The position numbers were made by a program, and so were the translations under genes. Below are positions 34,598 through 43,599 of a stretch of DNA of 57,328 bases, one piece after another. The notes under the pieces are model-generated. The model searched no databases, was not told the DNA's origin, and worked only from the letters and a program-made list of their open reading frames with translations. The first letter of the stretch is position 1; every line of letters starts with the position of its first letter. Source of the stretch: Nanobdellota archaeon (lineage in GTDB: Archaea > Nanobdellota > Nanobdellia > Pacearchaeales > GW2011-AR1); contig JBBSYL010000036.1 of assembly GCA_038045265.1 (NCBI GenBank), forward strand, positions 1 to 57,328, in the 5' to 3' direction.

Positions 34598-34614
34598 ATC
34601 CCGTCGGGGCCATT
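34598..34614 (+). repeat. attR core (copy of tRNA-Lys 3' end)
   Basis: 17/17 identity with 27589-27605. Confidence 0.8.
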
Positions 34615-34934
34615 TTAAACTCCGCAGCGAATCTCCGAGCCTGTTGAGGAGAGTTGAGCAAGAGAGTTTAAAATTATTTCTCGAGTTTAAAATTAATCCT
34701 TAAATTAAATCATATTATTGCAAATAACAACTAACTAGTATCTCTAAGTTCTTCAGGTCTAACCATTCTAGTTTCAAGCAAATATTCATCAGAATATGTC
34801 TCTCTCAATCGAGCAACATTATACTCTCTCACAGCTTCTTTAATCAAATTAGTAGGTCTAACTTCCCATTCAAAAGAATCTAGTTGTTCTTGTAATGTAG
34901 ACATAAAAACAACAGAAAAAAGAAGTATAAATAT

Positions 34935-35210
34935 TTAACTCAAATTTTTCTTTATATTCTCTATATTGTCCGCAATTTCCTGTCCTTTCTTTGTTAACTT
35001 AATCAACTTAGTTCTTCCTTTTTTCTCGAATATTACTAATCCAAGTCTCTCAAGACTCTGTAAAATTTTAACGGCATGAGAATATGTGCAGTCCACTTCC
35101 TTAGCCAACAGCGAACCATATCTTGCCCGGCTCATCTTTTTCAAAGCTACAAGCATTAACGCTGGCTTCCTTCTAAAGAATATGTCGAAATTGTCTCTTA
35201 TTGCTATCAT
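34935..35210 (-). CDS. winged-helix transcriptional regulator (ArsR/MarR-like)
   Basis: RYGSLLAKEVDCTYSHAVKILQSLERLGLVIFEKKGRTKLIKLTKKG. Confidence 0.65.
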   Translation of the reverse strand: MIAIRDNFDIFFRRKPALMLVALKKMSRARYGSLLAKEVDCTYSHAVKILQSLERLGLVIFEKKGRTKLIKLTKKGQEIADNIENIKKNLS

Positions 35211-35339
35211 GGTCTTGTGATATATGCTTTACAACCTATATATTCAATCTCTACCCTGCTTTTAAAGTTTTCTCACGATTTGTTATCTAAACCAGTAACA
35301 ATTGCTAACCTTAATTATATAGTAGCACAAACAGAAAAA

Positions 35340-35885
35340 TCAATTAGAATAAATTCCAAATATCCCTCCAATAATTTCTCTGCCAGTAACTTTCTTATAA
35401 AGGTTCAAATAGCCTTTTGAAAACAGCTTACTCTTGCCTGCAACAAGCTCTATGTTTGATTTTCCATCCTCAAAAGACGTAACTGTGTAATCTTCATACT
35501 TCAACATAGAAACTATCTCTTCTTTAGTTGTGAATATTACTATATCCTTTTCTTCTGCTCTTCCTAAAGAGACAAATATTTCGCCTTTGTCTACAATTGC
35601 ATTGTAAAATTCTCCTTCAACTGAGATTTCAATAGTTGGTTTTTCGGAGGATAAAAAGCCTGAGCGAAGTTCTCTTGCTCCAATTTTATCAAGAAGATAA
35701 TAAATGTAATCTTCATTAAATTCTTCTACTGCTTGCTCAACGCTCAAGTCAACCACAGGATTTTCAATTTCTCTTACAACCTTTCCGGTTACTCCAGAGT
35801 AAGAAACCATGAAAACAAACATTCCAGCAAGAATAACCAAAATAAGTACTATTCCAAGAACGGCATACTCTCTACCTTTTCTCAT
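35340..35885 (-). CDS. membrane-anchored hypothetical protein
   Basis: A single N-terminal TM helix (AVLGIVLILVILAGMFVFMV). The ATG at 35885 is preferred. Confidence 0.5.
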   Translation of the reverse strand: MRKGREYAVLGIVLILVILAGMFVFMVSYSGVTGKVVREIENPVVDLSVEQAVEEFNEDYIYYLLDKIGARELRSGFLSSEKPTIEISVEGEFYNAIVDKGEIFVSLGRAEEKDIVIFTTKEEIVSMLKYEDYTVTSFEDGKSNIELVAGKSKLFSKGYLNLYKKVTGREIIGGIFGIYSN

Positions 35886-35958
35886 CAAAGCCAGAGACAA
35901 AAATTCTATTTAAACCTTTCAGCAATAACCTTATAATCCCAAAAATAATTGGTAAGAC

Positions 35959-36573
35959 ATGAAGAAAAAGCTGAAAATCCTAGCAGCCTCAGATACTCAT
36001 GGAGAATCATCCCTCGTAAAAAAACTATCTGACAAAGCAGAAAGAGAAAACGCAGACATTATTATTTTATGCGGAGATATAACCGGTTGGTCAGATTCAA
36101 AAAATATCTTAAAGCCATTTAAAGACAAAAAACAAAAAGTCCTGATAATTCCTGGCAATCACGAAACAATAGCCACGGCAGATTTTTTGGCTAATTTATA
36201 TGGGTTCAAAAATATCCATGGTTATTCAATAAAACACGATGACATAGCAATCTTCGGAGCAGGTGGAACAACAGACTTTACGGCATTCTTAGAGCCACAA
36301 ACAGAAGAGGAGCTATTCAACACATTAAAGAAAGCACATGAATCAGTAAAAGACGCAAAAAGAAAAATAATGGTTACCCATATGCATCCATACGGAAAGC
36401 AATCCAAACTACTTGACATTTCAGCTTCAAAAGCTATCACGAGGGCAATAAGAGAATTCAAACCAGACTTTCTCTTACATGGTCATATCCATGAAACATT
36501 TGGCTTTGAAGAAAAAATAGGAAAAACAAAAGTAATCAATGTAGGAAGAGAAGGAAAAATTATAGAACTTTAA
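35959..36573 (+). CDS. metallophosphoesterase (calcineurin-like)
   Basis: ASDTHG, CGDITG, PGNHE and HGHIHE motifs. Confidence 0.8.
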   Translation: MKKKLKILAASDTHGESSLVKKLSDKAERENADIIILCGDITGWSDSKNILKPFKDKKQKVLIIPGNHETIATADFLANLYGFKNIHGYSIKHDDIAIFGAGGTTDFTAFLEPQTEEELFNTLKKAHESVKDAKRKIMVTHMHPYGKQSKLLDISASKAITRAIREFKPDFLLHGHIHETFGFEEKIGKTKVINVGREGKIIEL

Positions 36574-36574
36574 C

Positions 36575-37210
36575 ATGAAAATAAAAAACCCAAATATAAA
36601 ACTAAACGAAATTCTTACAAGCAACAAAGCTTCTGCAGATTTTATAAGAGAAAATAAAATAAAATCATACGCTGAAATAGGATGTAATTATGGAAACACT
36701 GCTTTTCTCGTAGCACAGGCCCTTCCAATTGGAGGAGAAATGTTCCTTTTTGATTATCCAGAATATATAACAATAGCAAAAGAAAAGCTAAGAAAGATAG
36801 CGAGGGAAAAAAAACTCAAAATAAGATTCTACTCAAACTCCCGTAGAAGAAAAGATTCATACTGCTGGACCCTTTTGGAACTTGTAAAAAGAAAGAAAAA
36901 AATATTTGATTATGTTTACCTTGACGGCTCGCATGATTTCACAATCGATGGTCTTTCTTTCTTCCTCATAGACCGGCTCCTCAAAGTTGGAGGATACATT
37001 GATTTTGACGATTATAATTGGACATTCTCAAAATCAGCAGTAAATGATCCAAAAATAAATCCAAAAATACTTGAAAAATATACATACTATCAACTAACAA
37101 CTTCTCATGTAAAATTAATAATAGATTTTCTAGTCAGGCCAATGAAAAGGTATAAAGAAATAAAGATAAATAGAATATTTCAAAAATTATGTGACGAACC
37201 ACAAAATTAG
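36575..37210 (+). CDS. class I SAM-dependent methyltransferase-like protein
   Basis: YAEIGCNYGNTA (motif I-like) and VYLDGSHDF (typical of the Methyltransf_24/CmcI-like group). Confidence 0.5.
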   Translation: MKIKNPNIKLNEILTSNKASADFIRENKIKSYAEIGCNYGNTAFLVAQALPIGGEMFLFDYPEYITIAKEKLRKIAREKKLKIRFYSNSRRRKDSYCWTLLELVKRKKKIFDYVYLDGSHDFTIDGLSFFLIDRLLKVGGYIDFDDYNWTFSKSAVNDPKINPKILEKYTYYQLTTSHVKLIIDFLVRPMKRYKEIKINRIFQKLCDEPQN

Positions 37211-37218
37211 ACTATCAC

Positions 37219-39021
37219 CTACTCTAAAATTCCTTCTTTTTGTAGTTTCCAAAGTTTCCTATATTCTCCTGAAGAATCAACAAGTTCAAAATGTCTTCCT
37301 TCCTGAATAACCTTTCCACCTTTGAAAACAATTATCTTATCTGCGTTCATAATTGTTGATAATCTATGAGCAATAATTATAGATGTTCTGCCCTGCATTA
37401 ACCTTGTCAAATCTTTCTGTATTTCATACTCCGTCTCCGAGTCAAGTGCAGAAGTAGCTTCATCCAAAACAAGAATTTGCTTGTCAGCAAGAATTGCTCG
37501 AGCAATACTTACTCTCTGCTTCTCTCCTCCTGAAAGCTTAACTCCTCTTTCTCCCACTATAGTCTGCTCTTTGTCTGGAAGGTTTTCTATCATTTTGTCT
37601 AAGTGTGCAAACTTTATCGCATCCATTACTTTCTCTTTGGACGCAGAAGGATTTGAAAACGCAATATTATTGTATAAAGTGTCATCAAAAAGAATGCATT
37701 CTTGAGGAACAATAGACATCTCTCCTCTCAAAGACTCTTGTTTAAAGTCTCTTATATCCTCCTCATCAATAAGGATTTGCCCGGAAGAGATATCATAAAA
37801 CCTATAAAGTAATCTGACAAGAGTTGTTTTTCCAGAGCCCGAAGATCCAACAAGTGCAACCTTCTTATTTTTAGGAAAAACAACATTCAAATTCTCAAAT
37901 ATTTTTCTCCGTCCATAGTTAAAAGAGACATTCTTAAATTCTATTTCTCCAGACCTGACACTGAATTTTTTCGCATTAGGTTTATCCTGAATCTCTTTCT
38001 CTATTTTTTCATATTTGAATAGAGATTGAAAATCAGCTATAGAACCATATACTGTTCTCAACCCATAAACAAACCCATACAAAGGTTCGACCATATTCCC
38101 ATAAACGCTATAAATAAAGACTATAGTTCCGAGAGTTATTTCTCCATTAAGAAATTTAACAAGGGGGAAATACAAAAGAAGAATAGTTCCTATTCCTATC
38201 GTTATACTATGGACAGAATCTATCCACCTATAATATCCCCAATGTTTCATAAGTGCCATCCTCGTTAATGTTATTATATCAGCAAATTTCTTTTTGACAA
38301 AATTTTCTTTTCCGAAATACCTCACAGATTCTATATTGCCGAAAATATCAGAAACGGCGGCATTTTCTCTATCTTCAGCATTATTCGAAATCATATTTGC
38401 CCTTTGAGAGATATTTTGCATTACATAACTATATGAAATAAATACTGCAGCAACAACTAAAATTACCAAAGCAGAAACAATATCAAAATAAAGCAAACTT
38501 GCAAAAACTATTGCAAAGCTAAAGATAACCGAGATTATATTATAAGTCAAAACTTCAGATATTCTCTCTACCGCCGCACTCGCCCTAGATATTCTACTTA
38601 TAAGACTTCCTGTCTTGTGATTAGAATGGAAATTATGATCTAGCCCTATAAGATGATTGAAATACTTCGCTTTCAAATCTACCATAACCTTTGTAACTAA
38701 ATCATTTACAAGATGCTGCTGAAACCATCTCCCTATAAAACCTGTAGCGACTATTATACCAAATACGCCTAAAAGAATCATTAAAATCCTTGTAAACTCC
38801 TCTAAAACAAGAGCGCCTCCTGCAAATAAGGTGCCTTTATCAACAAGAATTTTGAATAAATAACTCTCAATTATATGTCTTGCTTCAAGAAAGAAAACAA
38901 GAAATAATATTACAAATATAACTAGTTTATAATTTTTTAGCAGTATAAAATAAGATTTTAAAGTATCCCAAATCCCTATTCTCTCCTCTTTTTCCCTATT
39001 TTTATCATCCTCTTCATCCAT
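37219..39021 (-). CDS. ABC exporter, fused permease/ATPase (MsbA-like)
   Basis: Six-TM N-terminal half, Walker A GSSGSGKTT, signature LSGGEKQR, and Walker B ILVLDEATSALD. Confidence 0.9.
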   Translation of the reverse strand: MDEEDDKNREKEERIGIWDTLKSYFILLKNYKLVIFVILFLVFFLEARHIIESYLFKILVDKGTLFAGGALVLEEFTRILMILLGVFGIIVATGFIGRWFQQHLVNDLVTKVMVDLKAKYFNHLIGLDHNFHSNHKTGSLISRISRASAAVERISEVLTYNIISVIFSFAIVFASLLYFDIVSALVILVVAAVFISYSYVMQNISQRANMISNNAEDRENAAVSDIFGNIESVRYFGKENFVKKKFADIITLTRMALMKHWGYYRWIDSVHSITIGIGTILLLYFPLVKFLNGEITLGTIVFIYSVYGNMVEPLYGFVYGLRTVYGSIADFQSLFKYEKIEKEIQDKPNAKKFSVRSGEIEFKNVSFNYGRRKIFENLNVVFPKNKKVALVGSSGSGKTTLVRLLYRFYDISSGQILIDEEDIRDFKQESLRGEMSIVPQECILFDDTLYNNIAFSNPSASKEKVMDAIKFAHLDKMIENLPDKEQTIVGERGVKLSGGEKQRVSIARAILADKQILVLDEATSALDSETEYEIQKDLTRLMQGRTSIIIAHRLSTIMNADKIIVFKGGKVIQEGRHFELVDSSGEYRKLWKLQKEGILE

Positions 39022-39136
39022 ATAAAATCATATTTGTCAAAACTCTCACTATCCTAAACGACCTTAATCACCTCTAACAAGAATAAGAAATCCAACATAT
39101 ATAAACCTTTTTCACAATCTTCCTAAATAAAATAAA

Positions 39137-39691
39137 CTAATTGCTCAAGAATACGATTTCTGCGTTGCTCATTCTTTCATTAAAGTCTAAATCTGGCTTT
39201 TTCTCCGAAAGAGTGTAATAAATCTGATCGAGCCCCGTCCATGCAGTAAACCATCCTGCTGGCTCCAAGAGAATAAGAAAGAAATCTATTATAAAAGACT
39301 TTGAGGCATACGGAGAGAAGTAAGTTGCAATAGTAATAAACAAAACTCCAAGAATCGCCATAAATATTCCTTTTCTCTTTACATCCTTTATCTCATTAAG
39401 CAAAATAATATAATGCCTCTTAAAATGCTCTCTCATTCTTCTCTTTATAACTATTTCATCCTCTCCATTTCTATGCTCCTTCGGAAGATCAATATATAAC
39501 GCAACCTGTCCAGAAGCCTTATCTTTACATGCTTTTTTAGCTTCACTTAAAAAATCATCAGAAAATGCCTTCTCAGAATAATTTCTGGAGTCAAAACTGG
39601 AAAAAATATCACTATAATTATTTATTTTTATACTTATAGAAGCAATATTGCTCTTACCATCCCAAGAATTACCTTTTTTACTTCCCACCAT
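39137..39691 (-). CDS. hypothetical membrane protein
   Basis: A 184-aa ORF with two C-terminal hydrophobic helices. Confidence 0.45.
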   Translation of the reverse strand: MVGSKKGNSWDGKSNIASISIKINNYSDIFSSFDSRNYSEKAFSDDFLSEAKKACKDKASGQVALYIDLPKEHRNGEDEIVIKRRMREHFKRHYIILLNEIKDVKRKGIFMAILGVLFITIATYFSPYASKSFIIDFFLILLEPAGWFTAWTGLDQIYYTLSEKKPDLDFNERMSNAEIVFLSN

Positions 39692-39767
39692 TATATATAC
39701 AGAACAAGTATATTTTTAAGTTTACTGGAAGGGGTATGGTAAAGTCTATATATCAAATACCTATCAG

Positions 39768-42062
39768 ATGAAAATGGCAGTAAACGAGTTTCTGACAATA
39801 AAAGATGTCAAACAGAGTGTTGAAAAGCCAGTAAAAGAAAAGCTAAAACTCAAAGATCTCGTAACAGTCGAATCTCCTGGAAAACCAAGCCCTGCACTGC
39901 AGTTAGAGGAGGCAGATAAAGAAGTAAAACAAAAAAAGCCAAGAAAAAAGAAGGCCAAGGCTTCAGAAGAATCTGTTTCAATATCAAAAGAAAATTCAAT
40001 CCTTATAATAACAGAAAAACCTCAGGCTGCAGAAAAAATAGCTAAGGCTCTAGGAAAGGCAAATGCATACAAAGAAGATTCTGTCACTTACTACGAAATA
40101 GAAGGATACGAGAAAAAGATCTATGTCTGCTCTGCAGTAGGTCATTTATTCAATTTAACTTATAAACCGGGCGTTAAAGGTTGGCCAATTTTCGATGTAA
40201 TTTGGCAACCAAGCTTCATAAAAAAAAATGCAGCATTCACAAAAAGATATTATAATCTTCTAAGTAAAATTGCAAAAAGATGCAATGAATTCATCATAGC
40301 AACAGACTATGACATAGAAGGAGAAGTTATAGGCTGGAATGTTCTGCGTTTCCTCTGCAAACAATCAAATGCGCAAAGAATGAAATTTTCTACGCTAACT
40401 GCAGATGAACTAAAAAATTCTTTCAATAATCTTGAAAAGAATATCAACTGGGGCAATGCATATGCAGGAGAAGCTAGACATATAATAGACTGGCTTTATG
40501 GAATAAACCTATCAAGAGCATTAATGTCTGCAATAAAAACTTCAAACGTATTCAAAATACTCTCAATAGGGCGTGTCCAGGGCCCAGCATTAAAAATCAT
40601 TGTAGACAGAGAAAAAGAAATCTTCAATTTCAAACCAGAACCTTACTGGCAGGCATTAGCGTTTACAAAAGAACTAGTATTGAAACACCCTAAAGACCTA
40701 TTTGACAAAAAAGAGCTGGAAAAATTTACAGGCATAACAGAGGGAACAGCAGAAACAAAAAACAAAGAAGAATTAACTCCTCCTCCAACTCCATTCGATT
40801 TAACAACATTACAAAAAGAATCTTATCGGCTATTCAAATTCTCTCCTTCCTTTACACTTCAAATAGCACAGAAGCTTTATCTTGCAGGATTAATTTCCTA
40901 CCCTAGAACATCAAGTCAAAAAATTCCAGAAGCAATAAAACCCAAGGAAATATTAAAAAAGTTAAGCAAAGATTTTCCAGAAACCTCTCTAGCTATCAAA
41001 AAAAAACCTTCAGAAGGTAAAAAAACAGATCCTGCGCACCCTTCAATATATCCTACAGGAGAATTTGGAAAGATTAATGATGATGAAGAAAAATTATACA
41101 ATCTAATAGTCAAAAGATTCATATCTTGCTTCTGTTCAGATTTGAAGACTGCAAATAGGAGAGTAATTTTAACGGCAATTTCTCCGAAAACCCAGGAAAA
41201 ATTAGATTTCACAGCATCTGGGCAAAAAATACTAGATAGGGGCTGGTTAACAGTCTACCCTTCAAGTATAGAAGAAAAAGAGGTACCTGAATTAAAAGGT
41301 AATATTAAAGTAAATGAAATAAAAATAGAAGAAAAAGAAACAACTCCTCCAAACCGCTACACTCCAACTTCTCTTGTTTCTCTTCTAGAAAAGAAGAACC
41401 TTGGAACTAAAACAACTAGAAGTATGATTATTGACACTTTATTTAATCGGGGCTATCTAGATGGTAAATCAATTCAAGCTACCCCTCTAGGAATGAAATT
41501 AATCGACACTCTTGAAAAGCATTCTTCAATTATAATAGATGAAAATTTAACAAGAAGTTTAGAAGAAGAAATGGAGAAAATTAAGGATGCGACTTCAGAA
41601 TTCGATAAAAAAGAAAAAGAAGTAATAGAGAAAGCAAAAAAAATAATTTCAGACATTTCAAAAGAGTTTAAATCAAAAGAAAAAGAAATTGGGCAAGACC
41701 TTGCTTCTGGACTTCAAGAGTTTAGAAAAGAACAAAATGAAGCTAATACATTAATGCTCTGCCCTAGCTGTAAAAAAGGAAATTTAAGAATAATGTTTAA
41801 TCGTTCATCAAGAAGATATTTTGTCGCCTGTTCTGCCTATCCAGAATGCAAACAAACCTACTCTCTTCCCCCAAATGCCCTAATAAAAAAAGCAGATAAC
41901 GACAAACTCTGTGAAGCAGATAACTTCCCTAAGCTTTTAGCAATAAGAAAAGCCAAACGTCCTTGGGAATTTTGCTTTAATCCCGAATGCCCAATTGAAA
42001 AAGAAAAGAGAGAAAGTTATGAGAAGAGAAAGAATGAGAATGAAAACAATGAAGATGATTAA
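39768..42062 (+). CDS. topA: type IA DNA topoisomerase with Lys-rich N-terminal extension and C-terminal zinc ribbons
   Basis: TOPRIM ILIITEKPQAA and ATDYDIEGE, active-site ISYPRTSSQ, and the C-terminal CPSCKKG..CSAYPECK. Confidence 0.9.
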   Translation: MKMAVNEFLTIKDVKQSVEKPVKEKLKLKDLVTVESPGKPSPALQLEEADKEVKQKKPRKKKAKASEESVSISKENSILIITEKPQAAEKIAKALGKANAYKEDSVTYYEIEGYEKKIYVCSAVGHLFNLTYKPGVKGWPIFDVIWQPSFIKKNAAFTKRYYNLLSKIAKRCNEFIIATDYDIEGEVIGWNVLRFLCKQSNAQRMKFSTLTADELKNSFNNLEKNINWGNAYAGEARHIIDWLYGINLSRALMSAIKTSNVFKILSIGRVQGPALKIIVDREKEIFNFKPEPYWQALAFTKELVLKHPKDLFDKKELEKFTGITEGTAETKNKEELTPPPTPFDLTTLQKESYRLFKFSPSFTLQIAQKLYLAGLISYPRTSSQKIPEAIKPKEILKKLSKDFPETSLAIKKKPSEGKKTDPAHPSIYPTGEFGKINDDEEKLYNLIVKRFISCFCSDLKTANRRVILTAISPKTQEKLDFTASGQKILDRGWLTVYPSSIEEKEVPELKGNIKVNEIKIEEKETTPPNRYTPTSLVSLLEKKNLGTKTTRSMIIDTLFNRGYLDGKSIQATPLGMKLIDTLEKHSSIIIDENLTRSLEEEMEKIKDATSEFDKKEKEVIEKAKKIISDISKEFKSKEKEIGQDLASGLQEFRKEQNEANTLMLCPSCKKGNLRIMFNRSSRRYFVACSAYPECKQTYSLPPNALIKKADNDKLCEADNFPKLLAIRKAKRPWEFCFNPECPIEKEKRESYEKRKNENENNEDD

Positions 42063-42185
42063 AACTAATTCTCTTCGTTCACAGCTTCAACAAATAAAAA
42101 AAGCAAGATAGAACATAAGATAACATTATCTCCTAATGGCTAAACTTATTGTATTATTCATTCTTTATACTTTATATACTAATAA

Positions 42186-42294
42186 TTACTGCCCAAATGG
42201 TAAAAATCTAACCTATTTTTACTGCCCAAATGGTAAAATATAATAACCCCCTCCTCGATAAATAGGACATATCTTTACTGCCCAAATGGTAAAA
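42186..42294 (+). repeat. three 20-bp direct repeats ttactgcccaaatggtaaaa upstream of the Fic gene
   Basis: Perfect copies at 42186-42205, 42219-42238 and 42275-42294. The last abuts the TATA-like atatataaa, 30 nt upstream of the ATG at 42324. Confidence 0.85.
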
Positions 42295-42323
42295 TATATA
42301 AAGGGTAAAATACAACATATTAC

Positions 42324-43280
42324 ATGAGTTACATAGAAAAGAAATCAGTAAATAATAAGAAATATATTTACTTTGTTAAAAAGGTCTCTTTTATGAATAA
42401 GTTTCTTGTAATAAAAGAAAGTATGGGTATTGAATCTCCGACAATGAATAAAGAAAAATACCTATTAGATAACTTAGATAAAATATCAAACAAAGAGCTC
42501 CTTTTTAGAAAAACTTTCTTAAATCAAATAAAAGACAAAATCAGCCATAATGAGAACCTTCCTGAAAAGATAGAAATTAAAGCAATAAACATAAATAATC
42601 TTATAGAAGGTAAAAAGGCTTCCGACATTATCGAAAATGAGTTTGCAAAAGAGTTTATTTTTAATTCAAATAATATTGAAGGCTCTAAAATACCTCCAGA
42701 AAGAGTAAGAGAGATAATAGACACTGGAGATAGCAAATATAAAGACAGAAATGAAGTTAAAGAAGTTAAAAACTCAATTATAGCTTATAAGTATTTGAAA
42801 AAATCATTTAAATTTAATCTTCAGTCTATAAAAAGATTATATTATATATTAACAAAAGACTTAGTAAGAGAAGGAAATCAACCCTATCCAAAGGGATTTA
42901 AAAAAGAACAAAATATAGTAAATAATTCTTCAACAACTGCACCAGAAAAAGTGGAAGAAGAACTAAAAGATTTAATGAAATGGTATAATAAAAATAAGAA
43001 TAATTTACATCCATTAATTCTTTCTTTTGAATTTCATAGAAGATATGAACTTATTCACCCATTTTTAGATGGAAATGGAAGAACTGGAAGATTAATTATG
43101 AATAAGATACTTTTGAATTCTGGTTATTTTCCAATTATTATATATAAATCAAGCAAACAAGCATATTTTAATGCAATAGAAAAATCAAAAGAAGGAAAGC
43201 TCAAGAATTATTATCAATTTATACTTGAACAAGCAGATAAAAGCTATGATTATATCTTGGAAGTTTTAAAGAAGTATTAG
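42324..43280 (+). CDS. fic: Fic/DOC-family protein (AMPylase-type motif)
   Basis: HPFLDGNGRTGR matches the canonical HxFx(D/E)GNGRxxR. Confidence 0.9.
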   Translation: MSYIEKKSVNNKKYIYFVKKVSFMNKFLVIKESMGIESPTMNKEKYLLDNLDKISNKELLFRKTFLNQIKDKISHNENLPEKIEIKAININNLIEGKKASDIIENEFAKEFIFNSNNIEGSKIPPERVREIIDTGDSKYKDRNEVKEVKNSIIAYKYLKKSFKFNLQSIKRLYYILTKDLVREGNQPYPKGFKKEQNIVNNSSTTAPEKVEEELKDLMKWYNKNKNNLHPLILSFEFHRRYELIHPFLDGNGRTGRLIMNKILLNSGYFPIIIYKSSKQAYFNAIEKSKEGKLKNYYQFILEQADKSYDYILEVLKKY

Positions 43281-43474
43281 AGGAAGAATGGAAACGGAGA
43301 AAATTATGTAATTATTGGAAACACGGACTAAAAAAGCTTAATAATTAGCTAAGAGTCTGCCCAATAATAAACTGATATATTTTCATTGTCTATTTTTATT
43401 TCAAGCGTCGTTGTTTATTTTGATTTGTCTACAATATAAGGCATTTTAATTTAATGTAAGTCTTAAACAATCGT

Positions 43475-43531
43475 GAATTTCACCACCCGATTTATAGGAG
43501 CGTAGTCAGGCGAAAGCCAAAGGTGAAATTC
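43475..43531. other. GC-enriched 10-bp-stem hairpin with internal GGC-GAAA-GCC stem-loop (candidate small structured RNA or bidirectional terminator)
   Basis: GAATTTCACC (43475-43484) pairs with GGTGAAATTC (43522-43531), in an otherwise AT-rich intergenic region between convergent genes. Confidence 0.35.
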
Positions 43532-43599
43532 AAGCAATAAATAAAAATCTCTGCTCTGAATTAGGCTCTCCGTGTCATTTTGATTTACAGAACTTCTTT

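Larger units (their letters stand above)
27589..34614. mobile_element. ~7.0-kb integrated element at tRNA-Lys carrying integrase, DGR and AAA ATPase
   Basis: A perfect 17-bp direct repeat atcccgtcggggccatt occurs at 27589-27605 (tRNA 3' end) and 34598-34614. A tyrosine integrase gene sits immediately inside attL. Confidence 0.8.

Noticed and set aside
34732-34904. An apparent small minus-strand ORF downstream of attR starting ATGTCTACATTACAAGAA.
   Set aside because: Careful translation hits a TGA after 19 codons (MSTLQEQLDSFEWEVDLLI), so it is not a credible gene.
42186-42294. A possible mini-CRISPR array (three identical 20-bp repeats).
   Set aside because: The repeats are too short. The spacings are irregular (13 and 36 bp between copies). 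There are no cas genes, and the position directly on the fic promoter fits operator or iteron sites instead.
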